This document shows, one piece after another, positions 25,321 through 37,732 of a stretch of 64,000 nt of DNA; positions within the stretch are counted from its first letter, which is position 1; each line of letters starts with the position of its first letter. The notes below the pieces were generated by a model, which was not told where the DNA came from, searched no databases, and worked only from the letters and a program-made list of their open reading frames with translations. The stretch lies in NCBI GenBank assembly GCA_030324005.1, contig JARDVH010000084.1:56367879-56431878 (forward strand), read 5' to 3'. The position numbers and the translations under genes were made by a program. The stretch is from Negaprion brevirostris. Its lineage: Eukaryota.

Positions 25321-27224
25321 ATTCTGGTACAAATGAGATGGAAGTGAAACATTTCTGATTTTTAACTGAGATGAGGGTTTTGTGTCGTGCACCAACAGAG
25401 GCAGTCTGCTGGATGCAACAATAGCGCCCGAGACAAGTTCAATATTGAACAGACAAAAGTAAGTCACTTGTCAGGTTTGGTGAGAATCTGGGAAGAAGGA
25501 ACATCCCTTCCTACAAACATGTAACCAGGACTGAACTACAAAGGAATGCTACAATTTAATTTATTTAGCACTTTTCACAAGTCAGCTGCTGGACTCTACC
25601 ATGATTCATGCAGGATACTTGGTTGTTNNNNNNNNNNCTACTGGTCATCATCAGTGAGCACTCTGGGAACACATACATTAGGTGACGACAGAATCAATTT
25701 CAACATCGTCTGATGACTGACATTTATTTAGGTCTCACCTGGATAGGCTAAACTTGGGTGTTTTGGTGACAAACACAGGCCACGGTTCTTTTAATCTAAT
25801 TCCATTTTTCAAAATAAAGTACACTTCTACTACCAAATCAGTTTAGGTTTCATGTGGCGATAAGGACAGGCTAGTTAAGTATCTAACAAAAACCTCACTG
25901 CAGTGCATCCTTGTTAAAGATATTCTCTCCTCCACTCAGCAAGAGAATGTTTGACAAGAGCCAAAACAAACCCAATCTCAGTACAGATGACAAAATTTGG
26001 GAGCTGTAAAGTGCCTTGACAATTCACTTCCTCCTCTTCCCCCACCCACCCCGCTACACATCAAGGTTTAAACACTGAACGTTCACTAGAAATCTCAGCA
26101 GGATCACAGCTAACCAACCCTCCCCCAACATTCTAAACTCCAAAAAAAAGCAAATAAATCCAGATACGCCACTACTTTTGAAAGCGAGGAGAGAGTTTAC
26201 GATGTTTCACCAAGAGCACATAAGGGACAGATGCCGTGTTTGAATAGAGAAGCCCAAATAACTGAAGCTTTTTTTGTGGTTCACAAAGCAAATCGTGCTG
26301 CAGCCCCAATACGAATTGCAAATTTCCCTCTTTTGTCTTCCCTTTGTCCTTTAGAAACAGAGATTGTGGAAAGAACCTGGATGGAGGCCCAAAACCTGCA
26401 AAAACTACAAAATTTGTGGTTAGGTCTTTTGCCCAAGAAAAATTGCTGACCCCACCCTCCAAAATCCAAAATCCCACCCAGCTACCCTGGGAGGGTCAGA
26501 CACCTCCAGAGTGCAAATTAGACAGCAATAGCTGCCCCTAAACCAACACAAAGGCTGTCTGGGTGCTGGCCCCTATTACACGTGGCCATGTCATCCCAGG
26601 AGCACACAATGAACGACATTCTACAAACAAAAGGCAGCTCACACTGGGCATCAGCTACGCCAAGCTCTGCTGCTACGAAAAAACAAACATTCCCTCAGCT
26701 CAGGGTTGGGGGGAATTCTTGCTCTTCCAGCAATATTTTAAACCAGTGGGAGGAAATAAAAATCAAGCATTAGACTCTGAGTTGTTGCATTCTGCTGATA
26801 AACAATACTACCACCCAAAGCTCACAGGAAGCAGCTCGGTCTCAGAGTGCCATCTCCATGCAGAAGACTAATCTGATGTGTCATTCTAATTGTTACTATT
26901 CTTAGCAATTGTTTGGAAATATTGGATACTGCAAACATTTTACAGTAACTATTGAGGCCAGATGTATTAAATGTACATATTTATCTGAGTGAAACATCAA
27001 TTAGCACTTAGGTAAACCAGAGAAGAAGGGATGGGTAAACAGGAGTATCACTTCCAGAATTTGTCTCTAAGCATCAGTACACAGCTTTTCCAGGGTCGTG
27101 GAGGAACAGAGCTGAAAGGAAGTCCTTGGTTATTAACACATTTGTCATCAATTCCATACATCTTGTGTATTACAGCTTTACTTCTCAGGGCTGCTAGATC
27201 AAATAGAAAACCACCCAGGAATAT

Positions 27225-27510
27225 ACATGGTAGCGTATTGGTATTGTCGCTGGACGAGTAATCTAGAGACACAGGGCAATGCTCTGGGGACCCAAATTCC
27301 AATCCCCACCATGGCAAATAGTGAAATTTGCATTCAATAAAAATCTGGAATTAAAAGTCTAATGATGACAATTACTGATTGTTGGAAAAACCCATCTGGC
27401 TCACTAATGTCCTTTAGGGAGTAGAAATGCCATCCTTACCTGGTCTGATCTACATGTGACTCCAGACCTACAGCAATGTGGTTGACTCACATGGGCAATA
27501 AACGCTGGAA
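27225..27510 (+). mobile_element. tRNA-derived SINE (tail shared with LINE at 3310-4560)
   Basis: A/B-box-like head, cccatctggctcactaatgtcctttaggga...ccttacctggtctg...acatgtgactccagacc body and gggcaataaa tail. Confidence 0.75.
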
Positions 27511-27652
27511 GAAGTCTCACAACGCCAGGTTAAAGTCCAACCAATTTATTTGACAGTTAACTCACAAGCTTTCAGGGTTTGCCCCTTCACCAGGCGAATG
27601 GAGAGTTCTGGCCTCAGACAGAGCATATAACAGCACCGACTGTTTACAGATT
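27511..27652 (-). mobile_element. Penelope pseudo-LTR fragment running into a gap
   Basis: aagaagtctcacaacgccaggttaaagtccaac... plus a decayed hammerhead motif at 27560-27598. Confidence 0.8.
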
Positions 27653-28393
27653 NNNNNNNNNNNNNNNNNNNNNNNNNNNNNNNNNNNNNNNNNNNNNNNN
27701 NNNNNNNNNNNNNNNNNNNNNNNNNNNNNNNNNNNNNNNNNNNNNNNNNNNNNNNNNNNNNNNNNNNNNNNNNNNNNNNNNNNNNNNNNNNNNNNNNNNN
27801 NNNNNNNNNNNNNNNNNNNNNNNNNNNNNNNNNNNNNNNNNNNNNNNNNNNNNNNNNNNNNNNNNNNNNNNNNNNNNNNNNNNNNNNNNNNNNNNNNNNN
27901 NNNNNNNNNNNNNNNNNNNNNNNNNNNNNNNNNNNNNNNNNNNNNNNNNNNNNNNNNNNNNNNNNNNNNNNNNNNNNNNNNNNNNNNNNNNNNNNNNNNN
28001 NNNNNNNNNNNNNNNNNNNNNNNNNNNNNNNNNNNNNNNNNNNNNNNNNNNNNNNNNNNNNNNNNNNNNNNNNNNNNNNNNNNNNNNNNNNNNNNNNNNN
28101 NNNNNNNNNNNNNNNNNNNNNNNNNNNNNNNNNNNNNNNNNNNNNNNNNNNNNNNNNNNNNNNNNNNNNNNNNNNNNNNNNNNNNNNNNNNNNNNNNNNN
28201 NNNNNNNNNNNNNNNNNNNNNNNNNNNNNNNNNNNNNNNNNNNNNNNNNNNNNNNNNNNNNNNNNNNNNNNNNNNNNNNNNNNNNNNNNNNNNNNNNNNN
28301 NNNNNNNNNNNNNNNNNNNNNNNNNNNNNNNNNNNNNNNNNNNNNNNNNNNNNNNNNNNNNNNNNNNNNNNNNNNNNNNNNNNNNNNNNNNNN

Positions 28394-28470
28394 CCCTCTA
28401 ACCAAAGCATCTCAGGACACTAAGGGGCAATTTTAGCATGGCCAATCAACCTAACCTGCACATCTTTGGA
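28394..28470 (-). mobile_element. HE1-type V-SINE fragment
   Basis: ggacactaaggggcaattttagcatggccaatcaacctaacctgcacatctttggac. Confidence 0.75.
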
Positions 28471-29204
28471 CTATTTATTACTATTTTCTCACCCTTTTGC
28501 CTTATCCTGGAGATTATGTTGGAGATTTAGGTTACTGGGATATTACATTCTGTTCCTTCCAATGAAATATCACATTCATATATTCTTTCAGAAGGAAATT
28601 AAATACCTTTTTGAAGGAGATAAATTAACAAGTGTAGGGCTATACCAAGCAACTCAGAAAAACACAAGTACTTGACCTAATAACAACACATCACAATAAT
28701 CCGGGTTATTCTGGTTTCAAAACAAGAGATTCCCATTCATTAATTTTGGTGCAAAATGAACATTTCAAACTACCTTGAGTTCTGCTTCAGCTGGATTGCT
28801 ACCAGTGGTCACAGCAGCCCTGAGCTACCAGTGGGAAGTAGTAGCCAAGGCCTTCACTCCCAGTCACTTCCTCTGGAAAATGCACATATGAGCACAACAA
28901 ATGAGAGTAAGATCATCCCTTGGAATGCCACACACATCCAGTAAGCCTGCTGACATACACAATCTGAGATCACGCATACAAAAAAGCCACTTGGATGTGT
29001 GTAGCGAGAGATTCTCGCTGAAAGAAATTTTACAACAACTCAGCTCCATCATGAAGGGAGAAGAGAAAGAGAAAATGTTTACGCAATTTCAACAGTAAAA
29101 CCTCCGCAGCTACACAATTTTAATAACACTGACAATACACTGTACAAGTTGTTTTGTTGGAATCATTCTTTTTCAGACAGATTTGTCTGTGCAATACTCC
29201 ATAC

Positions 29205-29945
29205 ATCATGGTAAATACTCCAACTTCTAAATCAAAGTGTTGTGGATTCAAGCCACACTCTCGGACTTTAGCTCATAATCAAGGCTGACACTCCAGTGAA
29301 GCATTGAGGGAATACTGTACGGCTAGATGTGTAGTCTTCTGATGACAGGTGAGACATTAAACTAAGGGCCACTGGTTACTAGCTCCACTGGTTCAAGAAA
29401 ATGTTGAAATGCAGTTGAGTCACACAAAGAGGAAGGAGTATTCCACCTCTATACCACCACCAAAAGCTTAATGGACACATCATTGTTTGTGGATTTTAAA
29501 AATTCATTCATGGGACATGGGCATCACTGGCTGGCCAGCATTTACTGCCCATCCCTAGTTGCGTGAAGGCAATTTAGAGTCAACCACATTGCTGTGGCTC
29601 TGGAGTCACATGTAGACCAGACCAGGTAAGGATGGCAGATTTCCTTCCCTGATTGATATTAGTGAACCAGATGGGTGTTTCTGACAATTGACAATGGTTC
29701 ATGGTCATCAGTAGATTCTTAATTCCAGATATTTATCAAATTCAAATTCCACCATCTGCTGTAGCAGGATTCAAACCCGGCTCCCCAGAACCTTAGCTGA
29801 GTTCCTGGATTAAAAGTCTAGGATGAAACCACTAGGCCATCGCCTACCCATGGCTATCAATAAAATGACTATCACACTTTCCCAAATGCCAATAAATGTA
29901 CATCAAAATAGTTGCCTTTCAGAATGTGAGGTGTGAAGTGCAGTG
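29205..29945 (+). mobile_element. Deu-domain (SacSINE1-like) SINE interrupted by a minus-strand tRNA SINE at ~29500-29845
   Basis: ggattcaagccacactc...aggctgacactccagtg...gagacattaaactaaggg; the nested element is the reverse complement of the 27225 family. Confidence 0.65.
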
Positions 29946-30104
29946 TAACTCTCTTTTTGCTAACCATACCATTTCAGGTAAGTGCTCCTCAGGGGAGCAG
30001 AGGCACAGCCACTGCTGCTCTCTCCCTGTACACCTCATGGTAGCCAATTCCAGCAACGTGAACAAGTACACAATCTAGTGACAAAAACAATGTGACTGAC
30101 AGCT

Positions 30105-30310
30105 GGAGTAAAAACAGAAAATGCTGGAGAAACTCAGCAGGTCTAACAGCATCTGTGGAGAGAGAGAAATAAATCTAATATTTTGAGAAAAATAAGGCTA
30201 ATATTAATATTTTAATTTTGAGTATTTACAGACTCTCCTACAGAACTCAGTTGATCCAGCACTTTCATTTTTTATTTCAGATTTTGAACATCCGCAGTAT
30301 TTTGCTTTTA
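30105..30310. mobile_element. Short palindromic non-autonomous element, probably Penelope-derived; related copies at ~9195-9350, 34350-34660, 44640-44755, 55780-55970
   Basis: aaacagaaaatgctggagaaactcagcaggtct..cagcatctgtggagagaga and the reverse-complement arm ccagca..ttt..tttcagat...gcagtattttgc; several copies keep ctga..ggtca..gacctgaaacgtt hammerhead-like remnants. Confidence 0.65.
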
Positions 30311-31964
30311 TTAGAGAGCACTCAAGGTTGTTGGGTGGGCAGGAGGGGGGTTTGATGAGGTAAGGAATGAACGAAATTGGAGATGTGAGCAAGGGCCTCT
30401 GTATTTTGTAGCTCAACACATCCCAACAATTAGAACACTCCTGTGGAAAAACAGAATATTTTTTATTTCTTTGACATTTTAATGCAGTTATCAAAGAAAG
30501 TTACACCCAAGCCAGCCTCTGTGTACAGTCAGCAAGCCATTAGTCAGCAATTTTCCTCACAAAACATGAGAACTGTACCTCCTTCATACAATTGAATCTA
30601 TTCATCCACAAATTCATACACCGAGTGACACATCTGACAAAAGTTTCAATTAAGTTCACTACAGAAAAGGTTTCAAAACAACTGACAGTTGAATCCCAAT
30701 AAACTGACACTACTTCAACTCGACTTGAGCAATTACTCATGTCACATCAACACTAGCACAGTTGAAGCACCACTCTTTTCAATGATCAGTTATAAAAGGT
30801 CTATCAAAGGACAAATATAGAACTTTTGTTCCCAGAATAGGACTTATTTTCTTTAAACATCCAGTTCAAACAAAATAGGCCAGTTCCAGTCGCTACTTGG
30901 TTTCAGATAAATGTTTTCTCCCTCTTCTTATCTGCCATAATTTGCTTCACCACCCTTTTCGATGATGATGATTCATTACTGGACCACAAGTGCTCTTGGG
31001 TATCTTGCCCAAAATGGGTAACCGTCGTGAGTTAGCCTTGTCAATGTTGAGTTCAGCGGGTACTATAAAGCTGATCCAGACTTAAGTTTGCACCGATGAT
31101 CCACACACAGACAAGCAAAACTCTCCATACCTCAGGTAAAATTTAGTTTGATTATAGTGTTCACCCAACCACCCATCTCACCCAAAATATCCAGCTGAAT
31201 TCAGCCTTNNNNNNNNNNAGCTCAACTACTTGTGGAGCTGGTGGAGGAGCTATAAAAAAAATTAATGCATCAAACCATCTGTTGCATGCGTAACACCCGA
31301 GTATCAGCCACACAATGCTGTATCAAGTGTTTACTTGCATCACTGATACCATTTCCAAGATACAAGGAGCATAAACACGCTGGCCAGTTGCCTGGAACAA
31401 TTTGGCCATTCATTATCTTTTACATCAATACAATCCAACCATTGGCTTAAGATGATGCGGACACTGAAGTGGACAACACAGTCCACTACGGATGTGGCAT
31501 GATCAGTTCTCAAATTTGTGCAAGGAACTTGGCAGAATTGTTCCCCTTTTCTCCAAGGATAAAACATTAACTTAACCCCCTCCCCCTTCTCTTTCCAATG
31601 TTGATTAATCCACCATGCAGTTCCAACTTTCAGTATTTTTATATCACAATTCCTTTTTATTAGAACCTGCAAATATGCTCAGGTCAAATTAATGTGTAAC
31701 AAACGTTGTTCAGCTATAACTACTATCCACTAAAATACGGAGTTGTGGAACCTGTAGGGTTGATTCTTCTCCATTTGCTCTCAGTTCCTTCCCATACTTT
31801 ACGTGACTCTGCAGGATGTGGGCAACATGCTATTCCCTGTTTATATTTATTAATGTTTCAATAATTCCTTCACACACCTAGCTCGTTATGTTCCCAACAT
31901 TAGGAATTTCTAGGGTAAAATTTTCACAATAGAAGCCTCCTTGACGAACTAATTCCAAACCTCA

Positions 31965-32295
31965 CTCAGTGTCATAGATATAAGCAATCAAGTATAGAGC
32001 AGGAGGTCCCATGTTCAACTCCTGCATTTGTGTTGAGTTAGCTGATCTCAGAAAGAGTGATAAGAGTCACTAAAATTGGCTGCAGCAACTCAGTCAGGAA
32101 AAGGAAATTTAACAGCCCCCACCGGAAAGTACATGCATGATGCTGAAACGATAAAGGCATAATGATTCAAGCGCCAATAAAGTCTAGCAAGGCTCAAAAA
32201 TAATGAGATCCGCCATCCTGAAGCACACAAGTGCTGCCGTCTTGTGGGACTGAGCAACCTTTAAGACTGGGGGGAAAAGGGAGAAGGGAAAATTC
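31965..32295 (+). mobile_element. LF-SINE-like relic
   Basis: gttcaactcctg..tgtgttgagttagctgatctcag...cactaaaattggc...gggagaagggaaaatt. Confidence 0.6.
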
Positions 32296-33109
32296 GACCT
32301 GCTTGTAACCCTGTAGTAGCTGCTGCTCAAACATTAGGAATAAGTGGCAGGAGGCTATCAATTAATAGTGGATAAGTTTTTGAATGTCACAAAACTCCCT
32401 TTTGGTCACCTTATGTAGCATTTTTAAATACTAAAACACAAACAGTACAGATATAAGGAAACTTATTTCAAGTTTCTAACAGTGCATTTTGGTATTTTCA
32501 ATATTGCCCATTAATGCACAATGAAAGTGAATTATAATGAGATAACCAGTCCATCATTTTCACAGCAATTTTTACTGAACTGTGCTCAATGATTCAAAGC
32601 AATGCAAAATCAGCTTGGCGGTCACCTGTCACAACTAACTGTTACACTGCAGCCAGAACTTATGACAAATTAAACCGCAGCAGCTAAATGGTCTATTTCC
32701 AGTCATTATGGTCAAAACATTCCTTCCACAAAATGAAGCTCAAACCTCAAATTCAAACATTCAATTACATACTCCTTACAAGAGTAATGGTATAGTTGGT
32801 GCATGTAGCAGAATGTATTACACCAGAAGTACCCACAATGAGTAGAACTCAAACAGAAAACTGTTCAAGGCAAACTTCTGGAGCTCGATGACATTGCACA
32901 GTTGGTAAGTGCACCAGAGCAAAGTGAAAGACGTGAAAAGTCCACGTGGTTTGACATACAATTTGTCCTGACTTATCTAATCTCCACCAGGCATCAGCAT
33001 GACAGCTCCAAGGATAAGACAACCTCAGAATTGCCACTGGCAACTAAAATCCAAGCTCTGGTGCTGGTGATACTTGCAGGAAGAACTGCATGAGGATAAC
33101 CAACAGTAA

Positions 33110-33420
33110 TAGAATCTCTATGGTGCAAAAGGAGGTTATTCAGTCCATTGAGTCTGTACCAACTCTGACAGAGCATTTTACCCAGAACCCCTCCTAGCCC
33201 CACACATTTGCCCAGTTAATTCTCTAATTTACACATCTTCAGATACTAAAGGGCATTTAACATGGTCAGTCCACCTAATCTGCACACCTTTGGATTGTGG
33301 AAGGAAACCGGGACACTTGGAGGAAACGCACGCAGACATGGGGAGAAAGTGCAAACACCACAAAGAATTACCCTGGCACCTCCATTCCAGTAAGCCAGGC
33401 CTGGGTTCAACCACTGCGCT
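33110..33420 (-). mobile_element. HE1-type V-SINE
   Basis: ccacctaatctgcacacctttggattgtggaaggaaaccgggacacttggaggaaacgcacgcagacatggggagaaagtgcaaac (reverse-complement V-domain) with a CR1-like tail. Confidence 0.85.
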
Positions 33421-33834
33421 CTCATTGTCCTATTGCCTGCTGACTTCCACTGCCTAAAATCACAGTTCACGAATAAACCCCTGGACCAGAGTGGGCTTGG
33501 TAGATGTGCAGCTATACAGCAACCCATATCAATGGTTTGGGATTGGCAGCAAGAAAAGGAACTGACAATTGTGTATTCCAATGTTGAATCAAATGATTGG
33601 TCTGACGAAATGGGTATATTAAACACCAATCCTGACTAACAGTACCCACATAAGAATGGCAGGGCACTAAAGTTAGATTGATATCACACACATCACAAAT
33701 TGCATATCTTACTAAGATCATGAAACAGTTGCATACTCCTACAACAAATAGGACAAAGTGGTGATAAACACCTGTCAACTGCATCTCTTCCAATGGAAGA
33801 GATAAACACATCAATCAATAAGGTACTTAAACTT

Positions 33835-34120
33835 GTGCAATAAGGTATATAACCCAACACACAAGAAGGTCTCAAATTCAAATGATCTCTGCCAGTGCAG
33901 CTATCAGGATAATTTGATTTGTAAGTTCCCAGGCCAGAGGCAAAAAAAAACTAAATTAAGACAGGTTCTTGTCCTTAATCATTAGCCAGTGATCTCTCTC
34001 AGAAAACGTTCATATATATTAGGCAAAATCTGCCTCTGCTGCCAAGTCCACAATCAAGGAGTCCATCAGCACACACAATGAGCACTGGGGCAAGGTGCTG
34101 ATTTCTGTTGAGCAAAAGCC
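33835..34120 (+). mobile_element. LF-SINE-like relic
   Basis: aaggtctcaaattc..tgatctc...ccttaatcattagccagtgatctc...gagcactggggcaaggtgctg. Confidence 0.45.
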
Positions 34121-35069
34121 CTTAAGCTGGAGCTGCACTTGGGTCCCAATTTTGTGGTCTGAGAGAAAGCAAAACAGGAAATCTCTTGCAACGGTAATTT
34201 GATACACACACAAGCAGATGTATACAAACCATTAGAAATTTGCATAAAACATCGAGTTGTGCTCGCAATACTAACTCATAACCATTAGCTCAGTAGCATA
34301 ACAAGGTCCTGTACAGTACTTCTGGATGCTCAATAAAGGCAATCATTTAAGAAATAAAACAGAAAATTCTCAAAAGTGCTCATAACTTCATTGCAGTGGT
34401 AATGTAAGCCTAATTGTGACACTAATAAATAAACATTTTAAACAAGCTTAAGCAGGTCTTGCAGCAACAACAGATGGAAATAGAATCAACGTTGAAGGTC
34501 CATTTCCAGTCAGACTTCTCATGAATGGTCCTGGAAACAGGTCACAGACCTGAAACGTTTACTCTGCTTCTCTCTCCATCGATGCAGCGTGATTTGCTGA
34601 GTATTTCCAGCATTTTCTGTTTTACTTCAGGCTTCCAACATTCACAATATTTTGCTCTCAAATCACTCAAAGAACAGGAGAATGCAGGCACCCTACTCAG
34701 CTGTAGACATAGATGCCCTAGAATGTAATCTACTTAAAATTAGCCATGCATGATACAAACCTATATACACTTCGGGCAAAAAGTGCCACCAATACAATAT
34801 TACATTCAATTACAAAGTATCCAATCCATTCAGAATCATTGGAAAAGCACAATTTTACAGCTCTGACTATCTGTTTTTAGGTACTTCATTCACAGCAGAA
34901 TCTCAAGGTTCCAGTTTTCTACGATTGCCCAAAGACTGTGAAGCTATGTAGGGATGTCTTCTGATCTTCCTATAGAATCACTGGTGATAGGATAGTGAAG
35001 GTAACAACATTATATAAACTCTGGTTAAGGATGCTGTTCAGCAGTGGCCACGAACACTGAGTTGACCCA

Positions 35070-35335
35070 TTTCTTCCCAAAATCCCTCCCCCTTCCGTGG
35101 GAACTAATCATCCAAGTGGACATTCTTAAGACAGGTGCCTAGGCAATGAGATTAGTTTCACAGCCAGGCCCAATCCTTCTCACCAAATGTCCAATTTCCA
35201 GTAGGAATCACTATCAGGAGCTGGTTTTACGCTGTTCCAATTGAGGTGAGGAGCCCAATTTTAACACCATAACTGTTACCTCAATTAAGAACAGTTAACT
35301 CAGCAGACCATGATTAAGGCTGGAAACTTCTGGTT
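35070..35335 (-). mobile_element. LF-SINE-like relic
   Basis: ccaagtgg.cattctt...cacagccaggcccaatccttctcacc...ttccagtaggaatcact...agttaactcagcagacc (reverse-complement LF-SINE blocks). Confidence 0.55.
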
Positions 35336-35585
35336 TTATTTTATGAAGTACCAAATGAGATCTTAATGTAAAAACTAAGTCATTAGGAAAGGTCTGTACT
35401 AAGCACCTTCAATTCCTGACTATACAATGTCTGCTTTACACATCTCGAAGTATAACTCTGGCAAAGAGGTAACTTAAATAATCTCTATTTTCTTTCAATT
35501 TTTCTCTCAACTTGTAGGCAGTAACTAAAAATAGTATGCAACTTCAATATTGCCAGCGGACCTCTTCACTCCAAGGTTTATGCTA

Positions 35586-36305
35586 CTGTGCAGAGGGACC
35601 TGGGGGTCCTTGTGCATGAATCACAAAAACTCAGTTTGGAGATGCAGCAGGTGATCAAGGAGGCAAATGGAATATTGGCCTTTATCGCGACAGGGATGGA
35701 GTATAAAAGCAGGGGGGTCTTGCTGCAATTGTACAAGGTACTGGTGAGGCCGCACCTAGAGTACTGTGTGCAATTTTGGTCCCCTTATTTATGAAAGGAT
35801 ATATTAGCTTGTGAGGGGGTGCAGAGAAGATTCACTAGGTTGATTCTGGAGGTGAAGAGGTTAGCTTACGAGGAGAGATTGAGTAGACTGGGGCTGTACT
35901 CATTGAAGTTTAGAAGGCTGAGGGGAGATCTTATAGAGACATATAAGATAATGAAGGGGCTAGACAGGGTAGAGGCACAGAGATTATTTCCACTTAAATG
36001 GAAACAAGAACTACAGGGCACAGCCTCAAAATAAGGGTGAGTCAATTTAGAACAGAGTTGAGGAGGAACTTCTCCCTGAGGGTGGTGAATCTTTGGAATT
36101 CTCTGCCCATTGAAACAGTGGAGGCTACCTCATTAAACGTGTTTAAGTCACAGGTAGATAGATTTTTGACCAATAAAGGAATTAAGGGTTATGGGGAGCA
36201 GGCGGGTAAGTGGAANNNNNNNNNNNNNNNNNNNNNNNNNNNNNNNNNNNNNNNNNNNNNNNNNNNNNNNNNNNNNNNNNNNNNNNNNNTATCTCTTATG
36301 TTCTT
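35586..36305 (+). mobile_element. Relatively young 5'-truncated CR1 LINE
   Basis: QRDLGVLVHES...LYKVLVRPHLEYCVQFWSPYL / QRRFTRLI...RRLRGDLIETYKIMKGLDRV / RTTGHSLKI...WNSLP, with tcttatgttcttat tail. Confidence 0.93.
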
Positions 36306-36745
36306 ATATATACTTCCTGTGCTCCTGAGCCATTCACACATCTGGGTAACAACTTGAGACTTCAATCAATTAACCTTTTGTAAAAAAGGATTCCAAGGAG
36401 CATGAGGTTAATTGGAGCACCATAATAGCAAACTCACCAAGAGGATCCAAGCCAATGTCTTCCAGGTCGATGTCCCTCAATCCCACAAAAACAATGTATT
36501 TCAACAATAAGCTGCTGAGACTCGGACAACATTTTATCAACCTAATGGCTTTTGTTTTTGCTCAAAATTGACAAGTCTTGTCAGTAACTGCCAACTTTTG
36601 CTTTCAAAGCTATTCACCTCAGGAGTTATTCTATTACAAAGAAACACATTTCCATGAAAGTTACCCTCTTTAGGCAGCTGATATTTACAGCAGACTAAAC
36701 AGAATTTGGCAAAATTTGCAGTTAAGCCGTGATTTACATAGAACC

Positions 36746-37121
36746 ACAGTAAGAAGTCTCCCAACACCAGGTTAAAGTCCAACAGGTTTATTTTGAATCA
36801 CCATCTTTTGGAGCGCTGCTCCTTAATCAGGTAAGTGATTCCACCGGTTGGACTTTAACCNNNNNNNNNNNNNNNNNNNNNNNNNNNNNNNNNNNNNNNN
36901 NNNNNNNNNNNNNNNNNNNNNNNNNNNNNNNNNNNNNNNNNNNNNNNNNNNNNNNNNNNNCCAGGTTAAAGTCCAACAGGTTTATTTTGAATCCCCAGCT
37001 TTCGGAGTGCTGCTCCTTCATTAGGTGACCTGACTCACCTGATGAAGGAACAGCGCTCCGAAAGCTTGTGATTCCAATTCTTACTGTGCCCACCCCAGTC
37101 CAACACCAGCATCTGCACACG
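36746..37121. mobile_element. Penelope pseudo-LTR cluster (tandem and inverted) containing hammerhead motifs
   Basis: Two ccaggttaaagtccaacaggtttattttgaatc copies, then an inverted arm ending cttactgtgcccaccccagtccaacaccagcatct. Confidence 0.88.
37032..37074 (+). ncRNA. Minimal (Penelope-type) hammerhead ribozyme motif, core intact
   Basis: TCAC-CTGATGA-A-GGAAC-AGC-GCTCC-GAAA-GCTT-GTGA: stem I TCAC/GTGA, CUGAUGA core 37039-37045, stem II with one mismatch, GAAA 37060-37063, palindromic AAGCTT in place of stem III. Confidence 0.65.
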
Positions 37122-37129
37122 GTATTGAA

Positions 37130-37435
37130 TCACAGCATCAAATCACTACAGTGCAAAAGGAGGCCATTCGGCCCATCAAGCCTACGCCAACAGTCCCACC
37201 CAGGCCCTATCCCATAGCCCCCAGATATTTACCCTGCTAACCCCCAACACAGAGGATCAATTTAGCATNNNNNNNNNNCCAATCAACCTAACATGCACAT
37301 CTTTTGGATGTGTGGGAGAAAACCGGAATATCCTGTGAAAACCAATGCAGACACAGGGAGAATGTGCAAACTCCACACAGGTAGTCACCCAAGGCTGGAA
37401 CTGAACCCAGGTTTCTGGTGGTGGGTCACCGTGCT
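37130..37435 (-). mobile_element. HE1-type V-SINE
   Basis: aggaggccattcggcccatc tail; ...aaaccggaata...gcagacacagggagaatgtgcaaactccacacag...gaacccagg. Confidence 0.85.
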
Positions 37436-37534
37436 AATGTATAAACAACTATAGTAGTGAATGTACTGACACTTAAGTGTAATCTAGAGTTCTATCAACA
37501 CATTCCACTTTTATTTGGTTAATGTAGTGTCCTC

Positions 37535-37732
37535 TGTTATGGGTTGTGGGTTTTACACAAAAAGATGTGGTCTGCATACATAGATTCAAACTAACAGCAG
37601 ATTTATTCTAGGAAGTCTTGTCTGTACGAGTACAAACAAAGTAAAACAGCAGCCTTTGCAAACATCCTAATGACATCATCAAATCATGTGATCAGCTCTT
37701 AAAGTAATCAGCAACCAATTAACAATATAACA
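37535..37732. mobile_element. Possible solo LTR
   Basis: Begins TGTTAT and ends ATAACA with internal tttatt and gacatcatc..catgtgatc; no clean target-site duplication. Confidence 0.35.

Noticed and set aside
27562-28436. ORFs of 253-285 aa
   Set aside because: Almost entirely N-gap.
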